37,999 nt of DNA, taken from NCBI GenBank assembly GCA_000934665.2, contig KZ538973.1, positions 1 to 37,999 of the forward strand. Reading direction: 5' to 3'. Positions 10,861 through 21,699 of this stretch are shown here, one piece after another (within the stretch, counting starts at the first letter, position 1; each line of letters begins with the position of its first letter). The position numbers and the translations under genes were made by a program. This stretch comes from Catajapyx aquilonaris. Its lineage: Eukaryota. The notes beneath the pieces are model-generated. The model was not told where the DNA came from, did no database searches, and saw only the letters and a list, made by a program, of their open reading frames with translations.

Positions 10861-13049
10861 AGAGAAATTATTGACCATATTTTTGGCCTGTTCGATTATT
10901 CCGATTCCGATATTTTTATCGATTCCGATTGTGCCGCCATTGTTAGGCTCCAGCGCTTGCGTACTGACACTTGATGGTATCGCATCCGTCTAGTTCCTTC
11001 ACTGTCGAGTATAGTCTAGACTGGTCAGCAAATGAGATTCTGGCTCATGCGGATATCTTTAGGCCGTTCGATGCTCCAAGAGAGAAAAAAAGATACTTTT
11101 GAGACTCCCCAACGTCCGTCTCTCCCTTGAGATTCCGATATGCTGGCCCCGACATAGTAACTTACATGGCAATATTTTGGTTCGAGACATCATAACACGT
11201 AGCTAAAACATCCCCATGACTTATATGAGCTAGGGTGTATCCCCCCCCCCCCCTCCCACCTTTTCTTAGCCATTGATCTAATCTGTTAGAATCAGCAGAC
11301 TCCTCAATCACTAGATACTTCCCTGCTTTTAACTTGTTCGATAGCTCGGAATTTTCTGGCCGAGACTAAGGGGGGGGTTAGGAAGGACCTCGAAGTCTGG
11401 TTTTTCACAGCCTTTTAAATGCAAAGGGGACGCTCTTGGATGACCTCATATTCGTCCTTCAGCGAGCAAAGCTGGAGGAGTTTTGTGCCGACAATGGCGC
11501 AAGTTGCCGTCGCATATACTGGCAGAATTTTATTTCGACGTTTATTGCCCCTTGCTTATCTAGCTTTCCGGGAGAGAAGTAGGGTGGGGCGAACTGGGTG
11601 GAGGGAGGGGGGGGGGGATACACTTCTCGGTTACGCTTTCAGCGCCCAGTCAATGACACCAAGTGGAAAGTGCCAAGTCAAGTCCGGAAACTTGGGGATT
11701 GCCTCTCCGGGAATCCCCCCTCCCTCCCCCTCCTTCTTTTCTAACCCCTCCATGTCGGTCGCATTCAAAATGCGCCACTTTGTTCTCACACTACATGTAT
11801 GTGGGGAGGTGGGGTGGTGGTATGCAACCCAGCAAAGCGAGCCACTGCACAGCATATTTTACATTACACTTTACATCTATCTGGCATTTCTAGGGGTGCA
11901 TTTTAGGCACCCGGTATGTCAATGTATATCCTGCAGCATTTTTGTGCGCAGTCCCCAGCCTCGCACTTTTCTACTTCCTGCAGACTCTTCTATCGGCCCC
12001 AAACCTATAGTAAACACCACTGTGAGTGCCATTTGCGCTCCCGTTCTTTCCAAATTTATCCGGAGAAGGGGGTTGCAAAAGGGCTACTCCCCCCCTCCCC
12101 CCCCGCAAAAAAAACACCCAACAACAACAAAATACAGTAACTTGTCGAGCCCAGCCTTACCCTAGGCAGTGTGAGGATCATTTTGCTAGAACGGAAGACT
12201 CTCAAAGTGGCCACTTGTTTTCAACTATGTCCGCCTGGTTGCTAATACACAGTAAACTTTCCTAGCTCCTTTTTTTTGAGGGGGTGGGGGGTAAAAACGC
12301 GGCAGTATTATAATGAGAGACGCAGCAGAAATGAAATTCAAACTCGGGTCTGTCGGTCTGGGGAAATTAATTCCGAGCTGATGGCTGCACTATGTTCGGG
12401 AGTTGATCACCCGAACAGCTCAATTTCGTGGCGCTGTTGCCCAGGTAAATTGATTCGGGATGCATACAAAAGTCTGGGTCAGCCCTCAACTCCAACTTAT
12501 CAATGTCGGACAGAACAAATCTGTTCCATTAGCGCAACACTCTCGTCACTGGCCTCGGTTCGCTTCCATGGAATATCATGGCCAAACGCTCACGTGAGGC
12601 TTCCAGATGGAAATGGAGCCAACAGGTCGGAAATCAGGCGTACGTATCGTGCGTTGGCCTTATTTCCATCGGACCAGCACCATTTTTTTTAGATCGTACC
12701 CACCCAACCCATGTCCTCCCGAACACCCATTGGATAGACCATAACTAACAGAGTTCAACTTTTCGAATCAGTTAGCCCACACTTTCTAATGAATCACGGG
12801 CCAGAAGCGTTTGTTGACGGTAGTAATGGAATATCACACTGCCTTTAAAGACGATTTAAGTTACATTGGATAAAATTGGAGTAATGTAAATTGACCTCAG
12901 GTGAAATGTGATTCGGAAAATCCACTTCTGCCAGGCATTAATAATTACAGGGTTGTTTCAGTATGCAGAAAGCTCACATTGACATATTAAATGGCGTTTG
13001 TGTAGTTCAATCTGAATTGTTCACCTGCAATTTTCGATGGGAGTGTCTG

Positions 13050-13600
13050 ATATCCCATTTCGCATATGAGCTTCTCGGTGTGCTGATATAGCTAGAAGTA
13101 AACTGCCAGTGAAGCTTGGAGATATCTCAACAATATATTGTAGTGCCGATCGGGAACATTCCGGGCCTATATAACTTGGGCGAAAAATCGTCACGTTTAG
13201 AGGCGACGGTTAAGCCTTCATCATAAATATGCATAAACTGTGGAAAGCACCTGCGCTGAACGTGATATACGGTCCCTTTGTCGGTGTGAAAGAATGTTTT
13301 GTTGGCAAAGGCAACAGCCGGTTCTGTTTTGCCGCAGTGGAGTTGCCTGGAACACTATGCTTGGAAATGAAAAATATCAGATCCAAAATTATAGATATCC
13401 AGTCGAACTATGTGTGATGTGCTCTTAGCGATGTTGTTGGAATTACAGCCTGACGAAAGACAATAGCTCAAGTTATATTAATTATCACATTATGAAAAGA
13501 ATGCAAAATAGCAAGTCATCACCAGCAATCTACAGATCCCAGATAAGAAGATGCAATGCGCAAGCTGCCATACGCTATTATGAAAGAGTGAAGATTAAAG
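13050..13600 (+). pseudogene. Decayed Academ-type transposase, XPG-like C-terminal region
   Basis: IYCSADRE...LGRKIVTFRGDG*AFIINMHKL (cf. SxDTDV...GxGxxRxIxI); PALNVIYGPFVGVKECFVGKG (cf. PxLHAxTGCDTxSxFxGKGK); NYV*CAL (cf. FVCxLY); QIRRCNAQAAIRY at 13540-13578 (cf. HxxRANYQAxIW). Confidence 0.6.
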
Positions 13601-13772
13601 GGAATCTCTACAACGGCCTTTGTTGCAGGCCACACAGCCAAGCAAGTGTACTCTGCCTAATTAGGTTCCCATAAAAGTTTCAAGCAGGCCACTGGTAACA
13701 ATAAACAAATGACAGCTAAAATAGTCATATATTACGGCAACCTTTCCCGTATTATATTACACCTTCGAATAC

Positions 13773-14287
13773 TTTATTATTGAGATTAAGGAGATTGGCC
13801 CAGCATCGCCTTTCAACCTCCAAGGATAAATAAATAATGGATACCCCGTGATAGGCCTTGGGCCTCTTAGGGGATCTTCTTTTCGTGAACCGACTTTAAT
13901 CATTGCCTGCGTGTGATGGATTTTGATTGCGGGAGGAAACGGGAGAGTTTCGATGGGTTCTCTCCGTGTTCGCGTGGGCGAACACGGAGAGAACCCATCG
14001 AAACTCTATCCACATAAGTATCCTCCGTCTGATCCGGGGATCGAACTCGGGACCTTAGAGGTGGAAGGCTGTGGCGCTAACCACTCCGCCACCGTGTCGC
14101 CCAACCTCCAAGGATAGGGAAGTAAGGAAGCGGCTGTGGCCTATTATACGGAAGCAACCCCGGAATTATAGGAAGACCGTGGTAAATCACAGAAAACCAC
14201 GGTCAGGGTTGCCGGCCCCGGGATTCGAACCCAGGACCTCCCGATTAGAAGTCGGACGCCCTATCCACTATGCCAACCTGCTTCGGT
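13773..14287 (-). mobile_element. Outer tRNA-derived SINE (Lm1/Talua-like body), interrupted by a second SINE
   Basis: Minus strand starts ACCGAAGCAGGTTGGCATAGTGGATAGGGCGTCCGACTTCTAATCGGGAGGTCCTGGGTTCGAATCCCGG (A/B boxes, TCT anticodon-like loop). Body GGTTTTCTGTGATTTACC...AGGCCACAGCCGCTTCCTT. 13-bp TSD cacctt(c/t)gaatac at 13760-13772 and 14288-14300. The 3' part resumes at 13813-13773. Confidence 0.88.
13829..14101 (-). mobile_element. Inner tRNA-derived SINE with V-domain-like core
   Basis: Starts GGCGACACGGTGGCGGAGTGGTTAGCGCC...GAGTTCGATCCCCGG. Core TGTGGATAGAGTTTCGATGGGTTCTCTCCGTGTTCGC...GTTTCCTCCCGCA resembles the V-SINE domain; ATTT-type tail. Perfect 15-bp TSD caacctccaaggata at 13814-13828 and 14102-14116. 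Confidence 0.92.
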
Positions 14288-14869
14288 CACCTTTGAATAC
14301 AGTATAATAATAATTAAACCAGGTCTGCACCCCTGAATAAAAACCTGATATTCCAGGTCTGTACAGCTATAGTACTATTAATGTACAGTACAAGTTCTAG
14401 ATATTAGATGAAAGAATTAGCAGGTTGCCTTTTCCACCCTTCCTCAGAAGGGTTTCTGGTAATTACTTGTTTGTTCTGGATCCAAGCTTCCCACTCCATG
14501 TCTTTGAAGATAAGAGCAGAAGGCACATAGTCAGTACAGTTAAGTGTATATCATAAACTGCTATAAAGGTTACAACAATCAGGGTCGAGCTGATTATTCC
14601 ATAACCGTTGGGTTTCCCTCAACAAAACACTGGATAGAAACGTGAAGATCAAATAAAACAATCAAGTCTGGAACTGGTTGTCACATCACGTACAGTACAG
14701 TTTGCAAATATTCCAGAACATGACACTATAGGAAGCGTGTAAAACTAGCTGAACGTCATAACATGGACAGTTGAAACGGAAGGAAAAAGACAAGAGTACA
14801 AGGCTTCGTATTTCACCAAGACGCTAGTAACATCCTCCTTTTCCACTGCCCATTGTTATACTATCCTAC

Positions 14870-15720
14870 ACACTACTTCGGATTTTGCTAAAAGACGAAA
14901 GTTCAGGTAGAGAACAAAGCAGCACTCCCATTTCTCAGTGTAGGATATCCGTGTGGATAGTGGAAGGAAGCTGTCTTCCAGCAAAAAAAAATGCTTCCAA
15001 AAAACTTCTTAGGTAATTCCATCCAAGCAAGCATTATTCATGCATCTTCTAATCAAGAAATGTGTGTCTCCATCCCGTGCAGCGCATATCAAAATAAAAG
15101 CCTACAGTAACAGCCATACTGTACAGTAGGGTGCATCCGTTCCCCTTGGTTTGACGGCACGAGGCAAAGATTTGAGCAGACCCGAGCCTCACAAGAGCTA
15201 CATCGCTAATGGAATCCAATGTATTTCGTAGCCCCAAGGCCCTCTCCTGACGTTATGGGAAACCGTTTGGAAACTCTTGTACTTGGCTGCATTAGAAAAT
15301 CCCTTTTTGGGTGCCACTCGTTCTATGAGACCCCTTTCGTTTTGACTGCTAATCTTTTCTCCTTTCATCTCGCACCTCTCGTGTCAAGCTGAATGATTAT
15401 TGCGAGTCACCCACTCGTGCACTCCTGCACCACTTTCAGGGGAGGTTGTACAACTCCAGCTTCAATCTTTCGGATAATGCACGCTTGTAATAAGGAATTG
15501 GCGCCAATTTCACATCGCAGCCAGTTCGCCAGACCCAATTTCAGTTCCGTCCACTTTTGGTAATGTGGCACACTCCAGCACAATAGGCGGGGGTGGAGTT
15601 TATTGCCTAGTATTTACATGCACTTTGTTCAGAATGAGATGGGAAAAAGGTACGTCACATTTTCCTCATATGGACGAGTGACAATTTTTTTAAATGTGAT
15701 ATTACTGTTCCCTATAAATA
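14870..15720 (-). pseudogene. Decayed hAT (Ac/ZBED-like) transposase
   Basis: Ordered fragments: KKIVTRP (cf. IVTDN), VPFSHLILNKV (cf. PCFAHTLNL), IEAGVVQPPLKVVQECT (cf. PPLKLIQxVxTRWNS), NEWHPKRDFLMQP, AVTVGFYFDMR (cf. ATxLDPR), LYLNFRLLAK (cf. dimerisation YPxLxxLAK). By-eye match. Confidence 0.6.
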
Positions 15721-18289
15721 GTGTGTGCCAATACGATATTGATGATAATGACAAGGAGAGTACCAATAATAATAGGCCTACTACTGTAATAATTGAATTA
15801 ATTTCAATTAATATTCAGAAGGTGACACACCGGTGATACATGATTCCGCATTTGGATAACGTCAATTCAATGAGGTTAACAAATTTGATAAAAGGAGGTT
15901 GACCACCATTTTCAGGTCAAATACTGTATTTCCCCCGCCCAAGTCGCCGGGACATGACGCAGCAGCGAGGAGGCAGTGGGAATAGTTTCGAGGCTATAAA
16001 AGTGGCTTACACAGTATGGGAGAGAGCGTCGGGGTAATTTGAGAAGAGTAAAGGTGTAAAATGAGATAATTGACATTTTTATAGCTGATAGTCGTTGCAA
16101 GGTACCTCATCTCGTTCCAGTGTGAAGTGGAAACTGTCGAGGAGTAGGAAACACAGCGATTGGTGCAGTTTGGCTGGTACGCTGCTGCCAGAATGAAACT
16201 ACACTAAGAAACGCATAATTAAGCTCTTTATAATAATTATGGACTCCTCCAACCCATCGGTCGTCAAGCAGACCACCAAGCTGTCAGAAAATTTTCGACC
16301 CAGGGTCGAGCAGCAACCCTCTGTTGATTCGCATTCAGAAATTTATCCCGCGTAATCAGCCTTCCTTATCTACAAACCAAATTAGTGAAAAAAGTGCGCC
16401 CCTAGCCGAGTCAGGCATAATAAAACCAAGGGCTGAGAGCAAGTCGACGAGGAGGTCCAGCCCAGGAGTGTCCTGGAGGGGGTTGATTTTAATTCCTTTT
16501 CAAACCTGGATCCCACTTCCATGGCAACCTCATTCAGGCGAGGTCCCTCCGGTCTGTCGGGAAAGGCCGGACGCAAATTTTGCGCGTCACATATGGCAAA
16601 GTGCAAGCTGCCATGGGGATTCAATGCTGAGGTTGGAGAGATTTGAGGGGAGGTTCTATCTAAAAAAAAAGGAGAGTGGGGAGCATCAGAAAAAGGGTCC
16701 AATGATGGCGGATGTAAGGGTGTATAAGGTTAAGTGTCAGGCCAATGCACTAGCTAGTTAAAGCAGGATATGAAACATATGGGGGTAGTCTTCATCCATC
16801 CATACCCTGAACAGTTGACAGGGCCCTCAAGAGTTGCTATGGTTGCAATATAACGTGGTGGGTCACACCCACACAGGTTCAGGTCTAGACAAATTGACAA
16901 TGATCTTGTCATATTGTAATAAAGGCCCGCCTTGCCATAGGAGTTGTCTTGTTAGTTTGAGTGTATGGCGTGGAATTGAAGGAGCTTGACGTCTCTATTC
17001 GATCTGACAGCCACAAATATGGGTGTATTTTGACAAACCCCAGCCGCAGCAAGAAGATCGATTAGTTAACGACAAAGGCAAAACGACAAGTCTGTAGAGA
17101 TTGAATTAGGAAAAGCAGGCATATGTCGGTTTCCCTTTTTCTTGCTCGCTGTTTGCCTCCATTGCGTCATAAATGAGACATGAAACTGGCTTGGGATGAA
17201 TGGAAAGGGTCCCACGATTGAGCAGTCAAGCACATTAGCGGTTTCACTGCGGGGGAAAAAATTATAATAATAGGGCTGCCAGCCGGGGAAATGTACACTG
17301 GGGAAAAAATGTCGAGAGAAAAATACTCCACTGAGTTAAAATACGGACTGGAGTCGGCGAACTAACGACACTGGTTCAGCTCTGAATAGCATGCGGGGAA
17401 TTGTCTACAAAGTTTGGCTGGAAAAAATCTAACTAATTCGATATTGATGTTTCGCAGAGTTTTAATTCCTAGCACAGCAGTTCGGAAAATATTCGCCAGG
17501 AGACTCTCATGAGTGTCTGCATTTCTTTCGATAGGAACCACTGTGTGTCGCCTTCATTCATCGACTGTTTGAGCTCCAAGAAGTATATAAGTTGCAAAAT
17601 ATTGAAAAAAACCAGTGTACAAAAATAACTGTTGGTAGACTATAGAGTAGAGCAGGATTAGAGCAGCAGTTCTTTCAAAGCTGGTATTTACCGATTTTGT
17701 ATGCATAAATATCGCATTATCGGTAACGGATCCAGTACGTAGACACACCGTATATTCAAAGCCCTATTATTTATGGCAGGCACAAATCATTGCATTATCT
17801 AGTAAATAAGTTTTCCAACATAAATTAAGGGTAGCAATATGTTGTGCAGATATGTAAAATGCACCATACTATTATACTCGTCCCAATAATTGCTTATTTT
17901 ATTTTAATCTCTTCAACCAAAATGAAATTCATAAAGAACATTAAAGCCTATAAATACTTAGTCGCCCTGAGAAATTAACGTGTAGGTTACAGTTATCTAG
18001 ACAGAAGGCCTACTTTTAAGAGCATTATTCTGAGACAGGTACCGTCTTGATTCTTGTCCTTCCGTAATAATTTTTCGTGGTGGAAATTCGTCACATTACC
18101 TAGCTAAGGAAGAAACTCCCAAGTGCGACTTTTCCGAGAAGTAAACTCAGACAGCGATCGGAAAACAATATTCTAATACTGGCCATGAATAATTCACGGG
18201 GGATTAAGGAAATCGTAGAAAAGCAGCAAGAACTTTGTTAATTAAGAAGCTTCTTGTAGGGTTATGCAAGTTAACATTGCACGAAACCA

Positions 18290-18440
18290 AATAGGCTGTT
18301 TGCAGAGGAAATGATAATCGCACTGTCGATGGTAGATTAACATAACTACATTTTCATTCACTTCGGAATCTATTATAAAGGGATTTATTCTTGACTCTTC
18401 TTTTGAATGTTCCTTTGAGTTGAGATCTCCTTTGAACAAT
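18290..18440 (-). pseudogene. Possible Academ-type transposase fragment
   Basis: ORF 18242-18439 KGDLNSKEHSKEES...IIDSEVNENVVMLIYH...PIWFR (cf. DADxxIVxxA...VxxEDTDVxVLLxxH...IYF). Weak. Confidence 0.35.
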
Positions 18441-18832
18441 TTCCTACATTAGAGCTCGCAGACTTGCTCTGAAGATTAGAGATGGATTTTACAAACCAAA
18501 CCTACAAATTGCATTTTCACTAAGATGCTAGGGTTCGATCACTGCAAAGAATATTTCTGCGAAATAATTATTATGAGCAATGATATGACCAAAAATATGC
18601 TTTAAAATTCCGAATAAGTCAGTAAGTGGGTGGAGTCCCGGGGTTGTTCTCAAGCCCGGGTCCCACTTTCTCATCTCATGCGGAGTTTTACTGTCTCTCC
18701 GGCTCTGTCTCTGGTGAGATTTCCAATAGGTTAACAACTGAGAGGAATTCACTACCTAGGTCAGTCTCAATACTTCACTTGCACCTGCACTTTCCTTTCC
18801 ACTACTTTTGCCTTCACGCATGTACCCGGGCG

Positions 18833-19062
18833 TTATGTTCCACTGCCCAAGTTGACAATCCGGATGATGTAGGACAAGGAAGAGTTGATGGATTAGTCAC
18901 TCCTGGGCTGAATTAGAACCCTGTCCAAACTCAACACAAGGTTTGGGCCATCCCTGACCTTGATGCATATTTCGACTTTGTTTACATTTCCCAGGGGTGA
19001 TTAATCCATCAACTCTTCTCCGTTCCCCCTCTCGGATCATCAACTAAGGGAGAGTAACATTA
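18833..19062. mobile_element. Degenerate MITE with long TIRs
   Basis: Inner arms 18879-18907 and 18990-19018 are complementary at 27/29 (gaagagttgatggattagtcactcctggg). Outer arms atgttccactgcccaagttgacaatccg and cggatcatcaactaagggagagtaacat are more diverged. Confidence 0.75.
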
Positions 19063-19399
19063 TGTAGGCTATAATAAATGTCCATGTGATATACCCCATA
19101 GGGGTGAAAGCACTCCGAGGATGTTAATAATAATAATAATAACTACTACAACATTAAAGACTGAAGGGTTCCTCCCACCAATATGTCCAAAAGTTGGATT
19201 TTGGCCAGAAAATTGCCAGATCCCTAATTGCAAAATACAGGCTCAAAATAAAACAGCTATTACCATATCCTAGGAGCATTTCCTGGAGTAAATTTTTAAT
19301 GAAAGGCCACTTTTATGACTAACTCTAATTTAGTGTCAAAAAACACGAGAGCATGGTCCCCAGGAGGGCAGTAAATGCACGTTATGGCAATAAAATGCG

Positions 19400-19580
19400 A
19401 CCAAAAAAATCAGCGTCGAGCCAACGTCTTGTGTTTTCACTGTAGTTCCCGTATCCATCACCGAAAACATGCCACCGACACTTTTACTGTACGTGCAAGA
19501 TGTACAGTGCCTCGAATAACAATTGCAGAGAAGGAGTGGTCCAAAGAGGTGCACCCAAGCGTGAAATGATGAACCTGTAA
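19400..19580 (-). pseudogene. Possible Academ-type transposase fragment
   Basis: FIISRLGAPLW...FEALYILHVQ*KCRWHVFGDGY (cf. VIDGxxLxxxxxW...YxxxV...VVFDGY). Weak. Confidence 0.35.
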
Positions 19581-21699
19581 CTTGTGCTGACTGTATTGTT
19601 TTGTAAACAGAGCTCTCTATTGTTGTTGTTGAATGAGACTGTCCGATTTCTTTTGTCAATTATATCACATCTAAGGACATAATTGACAAAAAATATATCT
19701 TCATAAAAATGTCATATTTCACATCAAACACAGTAAATGGATATAGGCATGTAGGTGACTAGATAATTGGGATAAGGCGTAAAATTCAAAGTCTAGAAAG
19801 TGGAAAAGCAACGGGGATGGTAGGGCAAGATGGAATTGTCTAACCTAGCCTGTGGATAATGACTTGTTCTGGAGGGAGAAGGGAGCTCTTTCATTGCGGG
19901 ACAATGTTTGCCCCTGAAAATGATGATAAGGCTGCGACTCCCCCCCCCCACCCATCATGCCCCGGAGCTGATTTACTAAGGATGCAGGAGATGGGGAGAG
20001 TATGGCTGCTAATCAGAGAGCAGGTCGCGGGCATCGAAGCATCTCGGCAGCGGGTAAACGGCCCTTTGCCATGCCCAAAAGCCCAGCCCGACATCACCCT
20101 ACCCCCCCACCTCTCAAGATGTACGACTCTGGGCTGGAGATTTACGCCTGCCCCCACCTAATCCCCTTTATACCAGCCGACGTGACAACATGTGCACTCT
20201 GTACCAGCTTGCCACGGCCGCAAATAATATATGGCGCTTCATTCCCAACACCACCGTTTCCCCGGCTGTATACCAAGAACAATAACCAAGAAAAGAAAAA
20301 GTGGTCCAGCAGAAAATGGGGGGGGGTGTATACATATAACCTAAGCATAATACGCGGGTTGTGTTCGGAGACAAAACGTTCTGGACACACTTTTTTGCTA
20401 AGAATTTGTCACCATGCACTTATCAAGTTTCTAACATCCGAGAATTACTGGATGGTAAAACCTTTTCAAACTGGAAGTATAACGCAGCTAGAAGGATCGT
20501 CATCGGTTGACCCTTGTGCGCAGAGATGTTAGGCAGGACTAGGAAAACACACGGAGCTCATCATGTAGACGGAATACTGCTTGCTCTGTCACGGCTAACA
20601 TTGGGCTGCGTGCTGATGGCGTGATTCGCCATGACTGACACCCTACCTCCGGGGAGGTTCCGGCTGTTATCGGAACAGACAGCGTAAACACAATAACTGC
20701 CAAGAAACCGCTTGGATTATTCAAAGGTGTGCGCGGAATGAGCTGGCTTCCGGGGATGCGCCACGAGAATTGCTTAGTTTATTTCTTCCTGTCTTATTTT
20801 TATAAGATTTACAGTACCGGTACCTATCGGCCTACCAGGAATTATTCAGTGCTTTACTACAGCGTCATTTACATGATCGACCAATAAGATTAATTTGTAA
20901 TTTAATTAAGCCTATATCAGTGTGTAGTATTGTTTCTACACTGTGACCTTTGTTCATAAGTTATTATTATTTAATGACCATTTCAATGACCATTATGAGA
21001 AGGCAAAAGTTAGGTCCCCAACCATTTTTAGAAATTTTAAAAGCTTATCCTGACTCGACAAGGCAACCCAACGTGTTCTTTTGTTCACTGAAAATCGTAG
21101 CTGCCAGGATAAAACTTGCCCATTCTCTCAGTAGGCATACAGCCAGCCTACAGCACTATACAGTACTAACTTGATTATTGAGTGAAATACTTGGCTACTA
21201 TTTGGTGATCTGATACTTACAACGGTTAAAACACAGGATGATTAGAAATACGCAAAAATTAGGCAAGTTTCCGAAATTTTTAATGTTCCCTATAGCTTTT
21301 AAAACCCATAAAAAGCTTTAAAACAATATAATAAAAATATTTTGCGCAACTTGACCGCTCTGCTTGAGTTATGGTGCCCCACTAATTATGTCAACATTCC
21401 CATTATAAGTAACCGCGGTACTGAAAGTGGTCGATACATTATATAGCGCATGCACGTCCCTTACCCGAAACACAAACACCCACACTACTGTTAAAACTGC
21501 AAAAAAAACATTGCTCAAGATGGTTGCAGGTATCTTGATGTGGAACAAACTATGCAAATCCTGTCGTATTAAATTTTTTTTCCTTAGTGAAGCAGACTTC
21601 GGTTTCTTCCCGGAAACTCATTTAGAACCAAGTTAACACTCAGCGCATAAAAAACAGATAAGAGAATCAAAACCGACCAGGCAGCGATAATAGGAAATG

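Noticed and set aside
11419..12165. Longest ORF (248 aa)
   Set aside because: Runs through poly-G/poly-C low-complexity sequence with no recognisable domain; likely a chance ORF.
15930..16030. GC box plus TATAAAAG core-promoter candidate
   Set aside because: No well-positioned initiator and no downstream gene.
19651..19691. 16-bp AT-rich inverted repeat
   Set aside because: Short and AT-rich with no TSD; chance or a TE remnant.
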